Of a stretch of DNA of 64,000 nucleotides, positions 40,064 to 50,372 are shown one piece after another (position 1 is the first letter of the stretch; every line of letters starts with the position of its first letter). Location: NCBI GenBank assembly GCA_036337435.1, contig JAYZEG010000028.1, positions 32,001-96,000 on the forward strand, written 5' to 3'. Both the position numbers and the translations under genes were made by a program. Below the pieces are notes generated by a model. It was not told the DNA's origin and searched no databases. It saw only the letters and a list, made by a program, of their open reading frames with translations. The DNA comes from Myxococcota bacterium. GTDB lineage: Bacteria; Myxococcota_A; Bradymonadia; UBA7976; UBA1532.

Positions 40064-41106
40064 TGGCACAGCGATATTTTTGGATATGTACTGTTGGCTT
40101 ATTTTTGCTGGCCTGCGGTGCTCAGGATAAGGATGGGCCATCTAAACTCAATGACCTGCGTATTCTCGGTCTTGTTACCGAAACGCCTGAGTTCAAACTC
40201 GCGTCGCTCATCGATACATCCGGTCAGGCTCTTGAGGTCTCTGCGATCGATTTCCATCCCGGTGATATCGATGGCAGACAAATTGATCGGCTTTACGTCT
40301 GGCAGCTTTGCTTCTCCCTCGGTGCCCTTGCAAAATTTGAATGCTTGGCCGAGGACAAAGTCGTTGAGATGACGACCGATTCACCATCGATGGATTTAAC
40401 CCTCGATGCTGCGACCCTTCTAGCGTTGATTCCTGAAGAGTTTCTCACTGCAGAACAATCACCATTCTCAACAATGATGACGGTTAATTCTCCCCCTGAT
40501 GAGGTCTGCCCTGAGGGTCTCGGTGTCGGTTGCTCAGTCGATGACGATTGTCCGCCCAGTTTATCTTGTTCGTCTGAGGTTTGCGAGCCAGTGCCCGCAA
40601 CCAGCCCCGTGCCGTTGATCGTCCGAGTGACCGTCTCTTCTGCAGATGAGCAGACGGTGACCGCTGCACGAACAATTGGTCTGAGATTCGCAGGCGAGCT
40701 CAATCAAAATCCGCAATTCGGTGAATTTGAAATTGGAATGGGTCGATTAGATGCTCCTGAACTCACAACAACCGATGATGACTGCGTTCAGCTTGGGCCC
40801 TTCGACGCGGCCGTTCTTAGCCTGCCAATCAAGGCGACTTTTGAGGAGTCGTCTTTGCAAGCATTTCCTTATGTTGACGAAGGTCGCTGCCGGGAGGGTG
40901 ATGAATTTGAGTCAGCTTTTGTGAGTTGGTACAGCAGCAGTGGAACGTTCGATAATCAAGTGATAACAACCGACTATTCGGACAACAAACTTAAGTTTGA
41001 GAGTGCTACGGCTGAAACCGTGCGCGTCTACGCATCGCTTCGAGATGGTCGTAACGGGCTTGCAATGAGCTGCTTCGAATTTGAACGGGTTGTGGTGCCT
41101 CAATAA
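40063..41106 (+). CDS. TBDR-associated lipoprotein
   Basis: GTG start overlapping the TBDR stop, lipobox LLAC, LRILGL..E.PE, LRDGRNG. Confidence 0.7.
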   Translation: MAQRYFWICTVGLFLLACGAQDKDGPSKLNDLRILGLVTETPEFKLASLIDTSGQALEVSAIDFHPGDIDGRQIDRLYVWQLCFSLGALAKFECLAEDKVVEMTTDSPSMDLTLDAATLLALIPEEFLTAEQSPFSTMMTVNSPPDEVCPEGLGVGCSVDDDCPPSLSCSSEVCEPVPATSPVPLIVRVTVSSADEQTVTAARTIGLRFAGELNQNPQFGEFEIGMGRLDAPELTTTDDDCVQLGPFDAAVLSLPIKATFEESSLQAFPYVDEGRCREGDEFESAFVSWYSSSGTFDNQVITTDYSDNKLKFESATAETVRVYASLRDGRNGLAMSCFEFERVVVPQ

Positions 41107-41173
41107 ACGCCTGAAAAAAATGCAACACACGTAGCCCACTGCCGAGTGGAAGATTTACCTCGTTCCATCTGAG

Positions 41174-41494
41174 TTGGAGACACGGGTTGATTTTAGCCAT
41201 GTGGAGTTTGTTGTTGTGAAAATACCAGTCATCATTTGCCTCCTTATTTTAACGTCCGGCATTGCTCGCAGCGAGCGCGATAGCGGGTTGTCGACCCCTT
41301 TAAATCAATTGTCATTGACCCACGAAAGTGAGCGTCTAAACCCATTGAAGCGGTGGCATGATTACCTACCAGAATTGCGTCTAAAACTATATTTTCAAGG
41401 AAGCGGTGCCGGCTCATCAATGACCGAAAAAAGGGTTGGTTTTACTGTGCTGTTGAGATGGTACGTGGCTGGTCAAACTGGGCTAACTCGATGA
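41174..41494 (+). CDS. Small exported hypothetical protein
   Basis: Signal-like segment, LPELRLKL and terminal amphipathic strands. Start uncertain. Confidence 0.4.
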   Translation: METRVDFSHVEFVVVKIPVIICLLILTSGIARSERDSGLSTPLNQLSLTHESERLNPLKRWHDYLPELRLKLYFQGSGAGSSMTEKRVGFTVLLRWYVAGQTGLTR

Positions 41495-42099
41495 TGCCTT
41501 CAGCTCTCGTTGCGTTCTTCCTTTGGATCGGAATGCCCTTAAAACAGACGGAACCAACCTTGTACAAAAGTCACTGGGCAGTCCTGGAAAAGTTGCACAA
41601 TTACGTAGACTCAAAGAAGACAGCTCACGCTCACGACCTGACCGGTATGGGGCGACGAGCTCGTTCATCTGCTTGGATTCCAACAGTCGGAGCGACCTAC
41701 CGTTTCGTCCAAGATGACTGGAATCGAACAACCGTCGAAGACAGTCAGCGTTTGACCGATTTGTCTGTCGACAACAGCATTCGTTTTGGGCGTCGATATC
41801 AGGTCGGGTTTGAGGTTTCATGGAAACTCTCAGACCTTCTATATCATCCCGATGAGTTAAGAATTGCCGACTCGGCGCGTCGTTTTGATGCCAAGCGTAA
41901 AGCGCAAAAGGCCGCTTTGACAGAGGCGTACATCAACTGGATTAAGGCAAGTCCGACCCGCGTCATTACACCAACCATTGAATCACTTCGGGCTGCCCAA
42001 CAGAAACGACTGCATTGGGCTTTAATCCTTAATTCGCTCACCGGGGGAGAATTCTCAAAGATGGGCAAACAAACGTTTGGATATGGTGTCTCAAAATGA
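41458..42099 (+). CDS. Hypothetical protein resembling a TolC half-repeat
   Basis: RARSSAWIPTV..VSWKLSDLLY..LTEAY..LNSLTGG pattern. Confidence 0.55.
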   Translation: MVRGWSNWANSMMPSALVAFFLWIGMPLKQTEPTLYKSHWAVLEKLHNYVDSKKTAHAHDLTGMGRRARSSAWIPTVGATYRFVQDDWNRTTVEDSQRLTDLSVDNSIRFGRRYQVGFEVSWKLSDLLYHPDELRIADSARRFDAKRKAQKAALTEAYINWIKASPTRVITPTIESLRAAQQKRLHWALILNSLTGGEFSKMGKQTFGYGVSK

Positions 42100-43286
42100 C
42101 CAATCATATTGTTTTGGGTCTCGTTGTGCTGGCGTCTGTCAGCTGTGGTTCTGTGTGTCCTACAGGCGAGACTTGTGAACGCACCTGTCCAAATGGAACC
42201 GAGCCTGTTTGTGCGGCAGACAACCTGTGTGTTTGTTCTGGGGCGAAACGGGGCGATCGGTTGCCCACAGAGGCATCCTGTTTACGTCCACAGCCTGGAG
42301 AATTGGTCATCACAGAGGTTCTTATTGACGGAGAGCCAACGGAGAAGGAGGAGTTTGTGGAATTTGTCAACTCGGCTGCACATCCGATCTCATTGGATGG
42401 CATTTCCTTGCTGAGTGAACGCGGTGGACGAATCCGTAAGCACGTTCTTTTTGGCTCCGGCTGTCTACCAGCCGGCGCAGCCATTGCGGTCTATGCCGAT
42501 GTTCACCGCTGGATATACAGTCTAGAACTGCCAACTCAACCGGTTGTGGCAACTCAATCTTTTGGGTTTTCCAATGAGAGAGACTTTCACATTATTTTGG
42601 AGTCTGGGCAGAGGCAGACGCTGGATAGTGTTCGAGGTGGTCGTGGTCAGATTCAACCCGGCATTAGCATTGGTCGTGAAAGTCCAGAGCTCGGCAAGCC
42701 ATTTGTGCTCCATAATTCCATTGGAAACGGCAGTGACAGTTCGCCGGGTGGGTGTCCGAATGGCGGGGCATATCACACCGGGTGCGAGCAAAACGTTGTT
42801 CATAACTGTCGTTTTCCTGCTCGAGGTGACCTCATTGTGAATGAAGTGCTTATCGATGGTGACCCCGATGCCACAGAAGAATTTGTCGAAATCCATAATA
42901 CGACGAGTGAACGGATCAATTTGGCAGGACTCGAAATATTATCCAACCGAGGCAACGAGTTGGCGATGCGAGTCAAATTCAAGCAAGGGTGTATTGAAAA
43001 AAAAGGGTATGTTGCTCTCTTCGCGGAACCCGACAGGTGGATTTGGACGCCGAGCCCCGTTTATGCGCCTGAATTTATCTTGAAACGGTTTGGCTTTCCA
43101 AATACCCGCGATTTTCTGTTTGTACTACAAACACCGGCCGAGTTAGAAATCGACCGATTCGCTGGTTCAAGACGTCTGATTAGAGAAGGGGAGAGTGTCA
43201 GGCGCAGCTTCGTCGGCTTAAATCCGCGATTGGTTCGTCACAGTCATGGAGCAAAGACCAAGACATCTCCCGGTATTGCCCCCTAA
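42096..43286 (+). CDS. Lipoprotein with two lamin-tail-like domains
   Basis: Lipobox SVSC. Duplicated GELVITEVLIDG..EEFVEF.N and GDLIVNEVLIDG..EEFVEIHN. Confidence 0.75.
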   Translation: MTNHIVLGLVVLASVSCGSVCPTGETCERTCPNGTEPVCAADNLCVCSGAKRGDRLPTEASCLRPQPGELVITEVLIDGEPTEKEEFVEFVNSAAHPISLDGISLLSERGGRIRKHVLFGSGCLPAGAAIAVYADVHRWIYSLELPTQPVVATQSFGFSNERDFHIILESGQRQTLDSVRGGRGQIQPGISIGRESPELGKPFVLHNSIGNGSDSSPGGCPNGGAYHTGCEQNVVHNCRFPARGDLIVNEVLIDGDPDATEEFVEIHNTTSERINLAGLEILSNRGNELAMRVKFKQGCIEKKGYVALFAEPDRWIWTPSPVYAPEFILKRFGFPNTRDFLFVLQTPAELEIDRFAGSRRLIREGESVRRSFVGLNPRLVRHSHGAKTKTSPGIAP

Positions 43287-43583
43287 AATATTGATTCACC
43301 GCGGGGAGACAAGATCCCCAAAAAAGCACAGGCTTTTGAGTCAATTCATCTCAAATTTCGGCCCGAGAACAAAAAAAATGAAGTTTTACGAGCATAACCT
43401 ATCCGACCTGTAAGTTTTATGCACACCTGTGGATATCTTTGTTTACATGTATCCTAAATAACCGATATTAAAGTAAAAAGGGCACAATGTAAGACCTTTA
43501 CCTATCTATGTATACAGGTGAGTAGAGGGTATAGGAATTGCTAATGTTCCAACAAAATCAATATGTTCAGTAACATTTGGTGA

Positions 43584-43613
43584 TTGACACGCTTCCACGT
43601 CCACTTCTATAAG
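43584..43613 (+). promoter_or_regulatory. Sigma-70-type promoter candidate for the parA-like gene
   Basis: TTGACA-N18-TATAAG. Confidence 0.45.
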
Positions 43614-43668
43614 TAAGACATTGACAGGTGGTTTTTGTCGGCCTGTTTTGTAGGGGGGGATAAACTCC

Positions 43669-44802
43669 ATGAGTGGTTCAGATCATACTTGTTCTGTTTG
43701 TTCTACAGTCTTTGAACTGCAATTCGCTTACCAGGCACAGCGTACAGCTGACGCTCAATTCTATTTCTGCAGCCAACGGTGTCACGAAGAACACTTACTC
43801 TCAGCGAATAAGAAAACGTGTTCGGTTTGCTCCAAACGTTTTGATATGCAATTTGCATATCAGCAGTCTCAGTCTGATGGTGAAACGAAGTATTATTGCT
43901 CCAACGACTGTCGGAGTATGTCGATCACCAAGTCGGCACCGGTCATCCGAAACACAAGACGAATTGCGGTCTTAAATCAAAAGGGCGGAACGGGTAAGAC
44001 GACGACGAGCGTGAATCTAGCCGCCGGTCTCGCGGAAGCCGGCTACAAAACGCTTCTCATCGATTTAGACGCTCAAGGAAACGTCGCTGTTTCTCTTGGG
44101 TTATCATCGAAGCGAACGATCTACCACGTCTTGGTGGAGGGTGCACACCCATCCGATTGTGTTGTTAATGTGTCGAACAACTTCGACGCGCTTGTGAGTA
44201 ATACGAGTTTGGCACAAGCGGAGGTTCGCCTGGTCAATACCCCAAGAAATAGATTCAAGGTTCTCGCTAATCGCATGGTCAGTATGACCAACTACGATTA
44301 TATCATTATGGACTGCGGCCCGAGTTTGTCCGTTTTGAATCAGAATGCTTTGACCTACGCGGATAACATCATCATTCCGGTATCGTGTGATTATTTGTCT
44401 TTGGTTGGCGTGAAGCAGATCTTGAGAACCCTCAAAAAAGTCAATGAGTTGTTACTTCATCCGGTCAGTATTCTCGGTGTTATTCCGACATTCTTCGATG
44501 TGCGAACCCGAATTTCAGTGGAGGCCGTCAATACCCTAAAGAGTTACTTTAAGGACCGGGTGCTCCCGCCGATAAGAATCAACACGCGGCTTAGAGAAGC
44601 ACCGGGGCACAAAAAGACGATTTTTGAATATGCGCCCGATTCGAGGGGGTCACAAGATTATCGACGCCTGGTCGAATCGGTGGTGGAATTCTATTCGCGC
44701 GATACTATCGAAGACGAAAGTGCCGATGTTGACATGAGCATGCCCCCAAAAGACATTGAGAGTAATCCAGAGGAGGAGCACCGTGGTACAACCCACCTCT
44801 GA
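43669..44802 (+). CDS. ParA/Soj-family ATPase with two N-terminal TRASH/YHS-like Cys repeats
   Basis: [27 protein letters not shown]. Two copies of CSVC..FAYQ..YFCS/YYCS..C. Confidence 0.9.
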   Translation: MSGSDHTCSVCSTVFELQFAYQAQRTADAQFYFCSQRCHEEHLLSANKKTCSVCSKRFDMQFAYQQSQSDGETKYYCSNDCRSMSITKSAPVIRNTRRIAVLNQKGGTGKTTTSVNLAAGLAEAGYKTLLIDLDAQGNVAVSLGLSSKRTIYHVLVEGAHPSDCVVNVSNNFDALVSNTSLAQAEVRLVNTPRNRFKVLANRMVSMTNYDYIIMDCGPSLSVLNQNALTYADNIIIPVSCDYLSLVGVKQILRTLKKVNELLLHPVSILGVIPTFFDVRTRISVEAVNTLKSYFKDRVLPPIRINTRLREAPGHKKTIFEYAPDSRGSQDYRRLVESVVEFYSRDTIEDESADVDMSMPPKDIESNPEEEHRGTTHL

Positions 44803-45094
44803 AGACGATATTGTCGGCGCAATCAAAGGGTTCTTTGACGACGAAGAACGTGCCGTGGAGGAATTTTTTGATCCTCGGTTGCCGCGCCGAATAGATGCTC
44901 GTTCGAATGCAAAGAACGATAAGCCTACCCACTACAAGGTGGTGTCGATTAGTCTCTATACTGAGGATATCGAGCGGTTGAACGAACTTGTTAAGGAACT
45001 TAAAAGCCGAGGTCATTCCAGAGCCAGCAAATCCATGCTCATACGCGAAGCCCTTCGACAATTAGACTTGGACGACGTGCCCCGGCAACGCTAG
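44783..45094 (+). CDS. Small ParA partner with C-terminal ribbon-helix-helix-like domain
   Basis: GAGGAGG SD before GTG 44783. [33 protein letters not shown]. Confidence 0.7.
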   Translation: MVQPTSEDDIVGAIKGFFDDEERAVEEFFDPRLPRRIDARSNAKNDKPTHYKVVSISLYTEDIERLNELVKELKSRGHSRASKSMLIREALRQLDLDDVPRQR

Positions 45095-45132
45095 CCCCGT
45101 GCTTTAGTCTGCCCAGAGCTGTTGGCAATCCC

Positions 45133-46875
45133 TTATTGTGGTTCAGGGATATTACGGACGGTCGCTGGTTCAATAGAAAAACGTGCGCACAAACCCATAC
45201 TCTCTGGGATACCGTCCCCATTGAGGTCAAGATCGGCATCGAAAGCATCTATGATTCCGACGAATGCCGGTGCAACCATCAAAATCGCTTCGCGCAAAGA
45301 AGCGCGTTCCAGACCAGCGGTCAAAATTCCATTGGAAACTCGGACGCCAGTAAGTCCATTTACCTCGACTGGAAACACTGTATCGCCCGTGATTGTAGCT
45401 GATTGCGTTGGTAATGCGATGAGTTCCCCATTGATGACCGGCAATTGGAGGATGAATGGGCGTGGGCCAGCCGTGAGGAGACCATCGTTCATTTGTGCAC
45501 CCGGGAAGATGTTGATTGGCACACCATTCTCATCGACAGACGCTGGCGCAACGGCACCATCGAGTCCATAGACGATGGCAAACTCGAAACGGGCACTCAC
45601 AGCAGAACTGTCCAATCCGTAAAACAGCCCATATAAGTTCAAGCTGTTGTTATCGATCTCTCGCTCGACTTGTGGGTTGATGATGCCGGCTAGGCGCCCA
45701 AAGCCATTGTCTGGCTCGCCATCACCATCGATATCTCTACAGCCTTCGTCACCAGCTGGGACGATTTCAAACGAGACGATTCTCCCGGTGTGGACAGCGC
45801 AGGCGTTGTCTTGGCCATCGCAGTTTTGGTCGATGGTATCACCACAAATGTCTATGGCTAGGGGGTTGATGTTGCGGTCAGTATCATCACAGTCAATATT
45901 GCGGCAGACGATGTCACAATTGATGTTAGGAGGACATGGTTGCCCACAATCTACGGCCGGGCACGAAAAAGCCCCATCGCCATCCTGATCGTAGTCTTCA
46001 TCTACACTGCCGTCACAATCGTCATCATATCCATTACAGACTTCTTGCCCGCTCTCTTGGGGTGTGGCGTTGCAAACGACGTCCGCATTATCCCCGCAAA
46101 CGAAAATGCCATTTGTAGCGCACGTTCCAACGCCGGACGAACAGTCTGCCCCGACAGGGAATGTTTCATCTATCCGTCCATCACAATCGTCATCGATATC
46201 GTTACAGGTTTCTTGACCATTGTTTGTCAACTGACACTCACATCCATCAGATGAGTCTTCGTTCGTATCGACGAAGCCATCAGCGCAGCCGGTAACGAGG
46301 CAGCCTCCACCAACACACTCGACTTGCGCATTGGGCCGCTCGCAAACCAATCCGCATTCGCCGCAATTTTGCTCATCCGAATTGAGATCGATTCCCTCGT
46401 CGATCGTTTCATCGCAATCGTTGTCTAGTCCGTCACAAATTTCCGAGATCCCAACCGGAGACGGTCCATCACAGAGGGCAATGTTGTTTTCAAGGTCGCA
46501 TGCCCAGGTGCCTTCGCTACTACATCCGCCCATTTGAATTACACAACTCTGCCCAACAGAGAACTCTTCATCGATCGCGTCATCACAATCGTTATCTAAG
46601 CCATCGCAGAGTTCACTTGTCGGAATACAAGCTGCTTCACCGCCGTCCATTGACCCATCGTTCGATTGGACCGCACGTCCATCGGTTATGGATTCAGTAG
46701 GATTCGCAGGCGTTTGATCATCCATGCATGAGAGGCTTGCTAAGCTTGCGCAAAGCAGAGTGACGTACTGGATAAGAGTGTTGTTTCGTTTTTGGTCAAC
46801 AAGCATGTGCGAAATCCCTCGTTTGAGCCATCGAGCACTGAACATCGTTCGTAATCGTGTTCGCCGACTATGCAC
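45133..46875 (-). CDS. Cys-rich lipoprotein with repeated putative metal-binding (MopE-related) motifs
   Basis: Repeats of E.C[DN]G.D[ND]DCD..[IV]DE. Lipobox SLSC. Start likely near 46807. Confidence 0.8.
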   Translation of the reverse strand: MHSRRTRLRTMFSARWLKRGISHMLVDQKRNNTLIQYVTLLCASLASLSCMDDQTPANPTESITDGRAVQSNDGSMDGGEAACIPTSELCDGLDNDCDDAIDEEFSVGQSCVIQMGGCSSEGTWACDLENNIALCDGPSPVGISEICDGLDNDCDETIDEGIDLNSDEQNCGECGLVCERPNAQVECVGGGCLVTGCADGFVDTNEDSSDGCECQLTNNGQETCNDIDDDCDGRIDETFPVGADCSSGVGTCATNGIFVCGDNADVVCNATPQESGQEVCNGYDDDCDGSVDEDYDQDGDGAFSCPAVDCGQPCPPNINCDIVCRNIDCDDTDRNINPLAIDICGDTIDQNCDGQDNACAVHTGRIVSFEIVPAGDEGCRDIDGDGEPDNGFGRLAGIINPQVEREIDNNSLNLYGLFYGLDSSAVSARFEFAIVYGLDGAVAPASVDENGVPINIFPGAQMNDGLLTAGPRPFILQLPVINGELIALPTQSATITGDTVFPVEVNGLTGVRVSNGILTAGLERASLREAILMVAPAFVGIIDAFDADLDLNGDGIPESMGLCARFSIEPATVRNIPEPQ

Positions 46876-46887
46876 AAGGCTCAGGGA

Positions 46888-47163
46888 TCAAGGCAAATAT
46901 TTTGATTTCTCAAGAACGATCGTGACTTCAATAGACCGGATCTGCGACATCAGGGATTCGCTGAGGGTTTGCCCCGATTGCATCGCCGCTTCAAGCATTG
47001 AGCCACACCGTTCATATTGGCTGAGTTGGATTTGAAACTCTTCCCGATTTAGTCGTTTGACCAAGCGTCCCTTAAATTGGCCAAATTGACCGGGCTTGAT
47101 GTCACCGACAAGCTGTTGGAAACGAGTCTCATATTGTTCGAATCCATCATTTGCTGCGCTCAT
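46888..47163 (-). CDS. Small hypothetical protein
   Basis: GGGAG SD before ATG 47163. Helical 91 aa. Confidence 0.55.
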   Translation of the reverse strand: MSAANDGFEQYETRFQQLVGDIKPGQFGQFKGRLVKRLNREEFQIQLSQYERCGSMLEAAMQSGQTLSESLMSQIRSIEVTIVLEKSKYLP

Positions 47164-47244
47164 TGTGGCGTTCTCCCTTTCCATAACGACGCTCTCGGTG
47201 AGCGTGTCCTTGACATGTGCCGACGCTGGGATAGGGTAACTGAG

Positions 47245-48705
47245 ATGAAACTTTGTGTACATTATGGTCTCTGTCGATTTTTGGTTTCCGCCTTGCTTGC
47301 CGGCATAGTTCTGACAACGACCGCTCAAGCAGACTCGGATCAAACGAAACGCTATTCCCTCGATGATCTCTTGCGTGCCGCGCGCGAATCGAGTCCTGTC
47401 ATGACCATCGCGAGAGCTAAACTTAAGAAATATGAGGCCATATTTGATCGCGCATATTATGCCTGGTCTCCGGTTTTGAAAATTGATGCTTTGATGGCAC
47501 CACTTCCAGAGCGGAGAGTTCTCGATCGATGTGTTGATCCGGGTGCCGTTGATCCGATGACTGGATTAGCCCCCGTTGTGGCATGTCCGGGACAAAATAT
47601 CCAAACAGACGAACGGATTACAGCGGATACAGAGATAGGCCTCTTGGTCAGGACTGATGTTGATATCACCTTTCCGATTTACACGTTTGGTAAGATCGAA
47701 CACGGGCAAAAAGCTGCCCGTGCAGGCATCGCTGTTGGTCGGTCAGGCATAAATTATGCTCGTGGAAGATTGGACTTTCTCGTGAAAAAGGCCTATTACG
47801 GCGCGCAAATGGCTGAAACAGCCTTGGGCGTTCTAAAAGATGGTCGGAAGCGGTTCTCGAAAGCGAAACGGTCCATCGAGAAAGAATTGGCCAAAGACAC
47901 AGGTCGCTTCACAAGTAATGATCTCCGGAAGCTATTGGTCGATGAGGCAGAACTGGAGTCAAGATTTCTTGAGACTGAAGCCTTAAATAAGCAGGCCTGG
48001 TCTGGGATTCGACTGGCGGCATCGGCGCCACCGACTGGGAAAATCTCTCTCGACACACTCAAGTTAAAGCCTGTTATCGTCGAGCAGCGCACTGAGGCGG
48101 AATATATCGAATTAGCCCTTGATGCGAGGCCAGACATCCGGATGGCTCGGGCAGCAATTCGAGCCCGACAGAGTGAAGTGAATATGGCCGTTGCCAACTT
48201 TTTTCCCGACATCGCTCTCGTGGGCGGCCTAAGATACGCGAAGGGGACGACGGCTGATGATCCAGTAGACCCATTTGCCAATGACGGCTACAACTACGTT
48301 GGCTGGGGGATCGTGATTGGAGCTAAATGGAAAATTGACTATTCAGTGCTCGTAAGTCGATTGAAAGAAAAACAAGCAAAAGCGCTACAGCAACGGGCCG
48401 AATACGATGCCCTTGCCCAAAAAGTTCGACTGGAAATGATCACATTGGTGAGTGAGATGGAGCGACGCAAAGCGGAGACAGATGTCCGTCGAATTGCCAT
48501 GAAAGCCGGTAAAGCGTGGCTGATCTCAAATACATTAAATTTCGGCCTTGGGGTCGCCACTGTAGACCAGTTACTGAGAAGCTTGATAGCGTATAGTAAA
48601 GCTCGGTTGACGTATTACCGTGTAATATATGAGTACAATTTAGCGGTTGCTCGCCTTTCTCAGGCGGTTGGTATTGAACTCAGTATTCCAAATCCAAATG
48701 AATAG
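47245..48705 (+). CDS. TolC family outer membrane protein
   Basis: SLDDLLRAA, FPIYTFGKI, VKKAYY, RPDI, NFFPDI, YEYNLAVARLSQAVG. Confidence 0.88.
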   Translation: MKLCVHYGLCRFLVSALLAGIVLTTTAQADSDQTKRYSLDDLLRAARESSPVMTIARAKLKKYEAIFDRAYYAWSPVLKIDALMAPLPERRVLDRCVDPGAVDPMTGLAPVVACPGQNIQTDERITADTEIGLLVRTDVDITFPIYTFGKIEHGQKAARAGIAVGRSGINYARGRLDFLVKKAYYGAQMAETALGVLKDGRKRFSKAKRSIEKELAKDTGRFTSNDLRKLLVDEAELESRFLETEALNKQAWSGIRLAASAPPTGKISLDTLKLKPVIVEQRTEAEYIELALDARPDIRMARAAIRARQSEVNMAVANFFPDIALVGGLRYAKGTTADDPVDPFANDGYNYVGWGIVIGAKWKIDYSVLVSRLKEKQAKALQQRAEYDALAQKVRLEMITLVSEMERRKAETDVRRIAMKAGKAWLISNTLNFGLGVATVDQLLRSLIAYSKARLTYYRVIYEYNLAVARLSQAVGIELSIPNPNE

Positions 48706-48745
48706 TTGCTGACGCCTGAGCGTAGCTTCACTGTTAAACAGAAAA

Positions 48746-49489
48746 ATGAATGGAAACCAAGACATGGTTAAACACTTTTTACTGGCTAGTTTTAGTCTTT
48801 TGTTGATGGTCACCCAAGGATGGGCTGGACCGCCTACCGACAGTTTGAAAGCCAAGGTCAGCGAGGCGAGACAGCTGTTAAAACAGAAGGTGGTCGATGG
48901 GTCTGAGGAGGCCAAGAAAGTTGATGCCAAACTTAAGTCCGTCATAGAGCCTGTATTGGATTTTCAGCGCATGAGTGAGAATGCGCTCAGAGCACATTGG
49001 TCCAACCTGACACCCGGAAACCGTACGGAGTTTGTTGCTCTCTTTCGCGCCTTACTGTTTCGGAGTTATTTGACCCGAATCCGAAAAGCGAATGAAGACT
49101 ATACGCTTCAATACGAGGGGGAAGAGGCAAAGGGCCGTAAAGCGGCAGCCGTCACTGTCATTGCGCAAACACCAAAGGCCGAAATTGAGCTGGTTTTTCA
49201 CGTTATTACGCAGGATGGTAAGAAATGGATTACCGAGGACGTCGTCATTGATGAAGTGAGCTTGGTTCAGAATTACCGCGAGCAATTTACACGAATCATA
49301 AAAAAAGATGGTTACCCGGTCTTACTTAAAAAAATGGCCGATAAGCTCCGAGAGTTAGGCGGTGAAGTCCCCGTTGAGGTAAAGTCCATTCCAAAGTCGA
49401 CTGAAGTGAAATCAAAACCGACGACCGAGGAACAAAAAAACACGGGCAATACAGCCAAGAAAAGGGTGCCGACGGCGCCCCAAAAATAA
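48746..49489 (+). CDS. MlaC/Ttg2D family periplasmic lipid-binding protein
   Basis: LDFQRMS..L..HW..LT..EFVALF, WITEDVVIDEVSLVQNYREQF. Confidence 0.85.
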   Translation: MNGNQDMVKHFLLASFSLLLMVTQGWAGPPTDSLKAKVSEARQLLKQKVVDGSEEAKKVDAKLKSVIEPVLDFQRMSENALRAHWSNLTPGNRTEFVALFRALLFRSYLTRIRKANEDYTLQYEGEEAKGRKAAAVTVIAQTPKAEIELVFHVITQDGKKWITEDVVIDEVSLVQNYREQFTRIIKKDGYPVLLKKMADKLRELGGEVPVEVKSIPKSTEVKSKPTTEEQKNTGNTAKKRVPTAPQK

Positions 49490-49601
49490 GTGCCTGTGCG
49501 TTATGATTTGGCCGCTCGAATGAGGCGGTCTCCAAGCCGCTGTCCAAACGGCCGCATCGTTTGAAAAGCAGTGATGATTTGACCGCGGCCGTTGCGAGTC
49601 G

Positions 49602-50351
49602 TCAGTCGAACCAGAGAAGTGACGCGGCGGATCCTAGAATGGCGGACAGGACCGCTAACACAGTAAAGATGAGCCACTGTCCAAACGATTTGCTCCCCGT
49701 ATTTTGTGCATTGGCCGGCGTTAGCAGACACTCAATTTGTCCAAAAGTGATGCGGTCTCCATGGCTAACCCGTGTCGGTCTATTTATGCGTCGACCAAGG
49801 ACGAAGACACCGTTGCTCGAACCCAAATCAGTTAGGGCGTAGGAGCCATCATCCTGTCGCTTTAATTGTGCATGCTGCCTCGAGACTGATGGATCTTGAA
49901 TCGAGAGGTCATTTTCATCGATTCGACCGACGGATATAATCGGCTCGTAGAGCAGCACTTCGCGGCCGGCATCATGACCTGTCAGAATCACAAATTTTCC
50001 GTGAGCCTGATCTGGGGCAACCGTTGCTGTCTTTATACCGCTTCCATTCTGACCTTGCTCATGGAATTCAAGTTGAAAAAGATATTCGGAGACGCGGATC
50101 CTAGATGTTTCATCAACGGCCGTGTCACGACTGATTCTTTGTTCATTGACGTACACTCCGTTGGCACTGCCCATATCAGAGACGAACACTTGGCCATTTT
50201 CTATGTAGAAACATGCGTGTTGTCGAGAGACTGAAGTGCTGTCTAGAGCGACGTCACAGTCGTCTAGCCGACCGACAGTGACTTCGTCCGCCGCAATGCG
50301 GTGTTCGCTGACCAGTGCGCCGCGTTCGTTCTTTACGGCCAGTACATACAT
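49602..50351 (-). CDS. Tandem FHA domain protein with C-terminal TM anchor
   Basis: Two copies of VGR..SVSRQHA..D.GS.NG. Confidence 0.9.
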   Translation of the reverse strand: MYVLAVKNERGALVSEHRIAADEVTVGRLDDCDVALDSTSVSRQHACFYIENGQVFVSDMGSANGVYVNEQRISRDTAVDETSRIRVSEYLFQLEFHEQGQNGSGIKTATVAPDQAHGKFVILTGHDAGREVLLYEPIISVGRIDENDLSIQDPSVSRQHAQLKRQDDGSYALTDLGSSNGVFVLGRRINRPTRVSHGDRITFGQIECLLTPANAQNTGSKSFGQWLIFTVLAVLSAILGSAASLLWFD

Positions 50352-50372
50352 CGATCAGGTTCGCCTGTCTGT

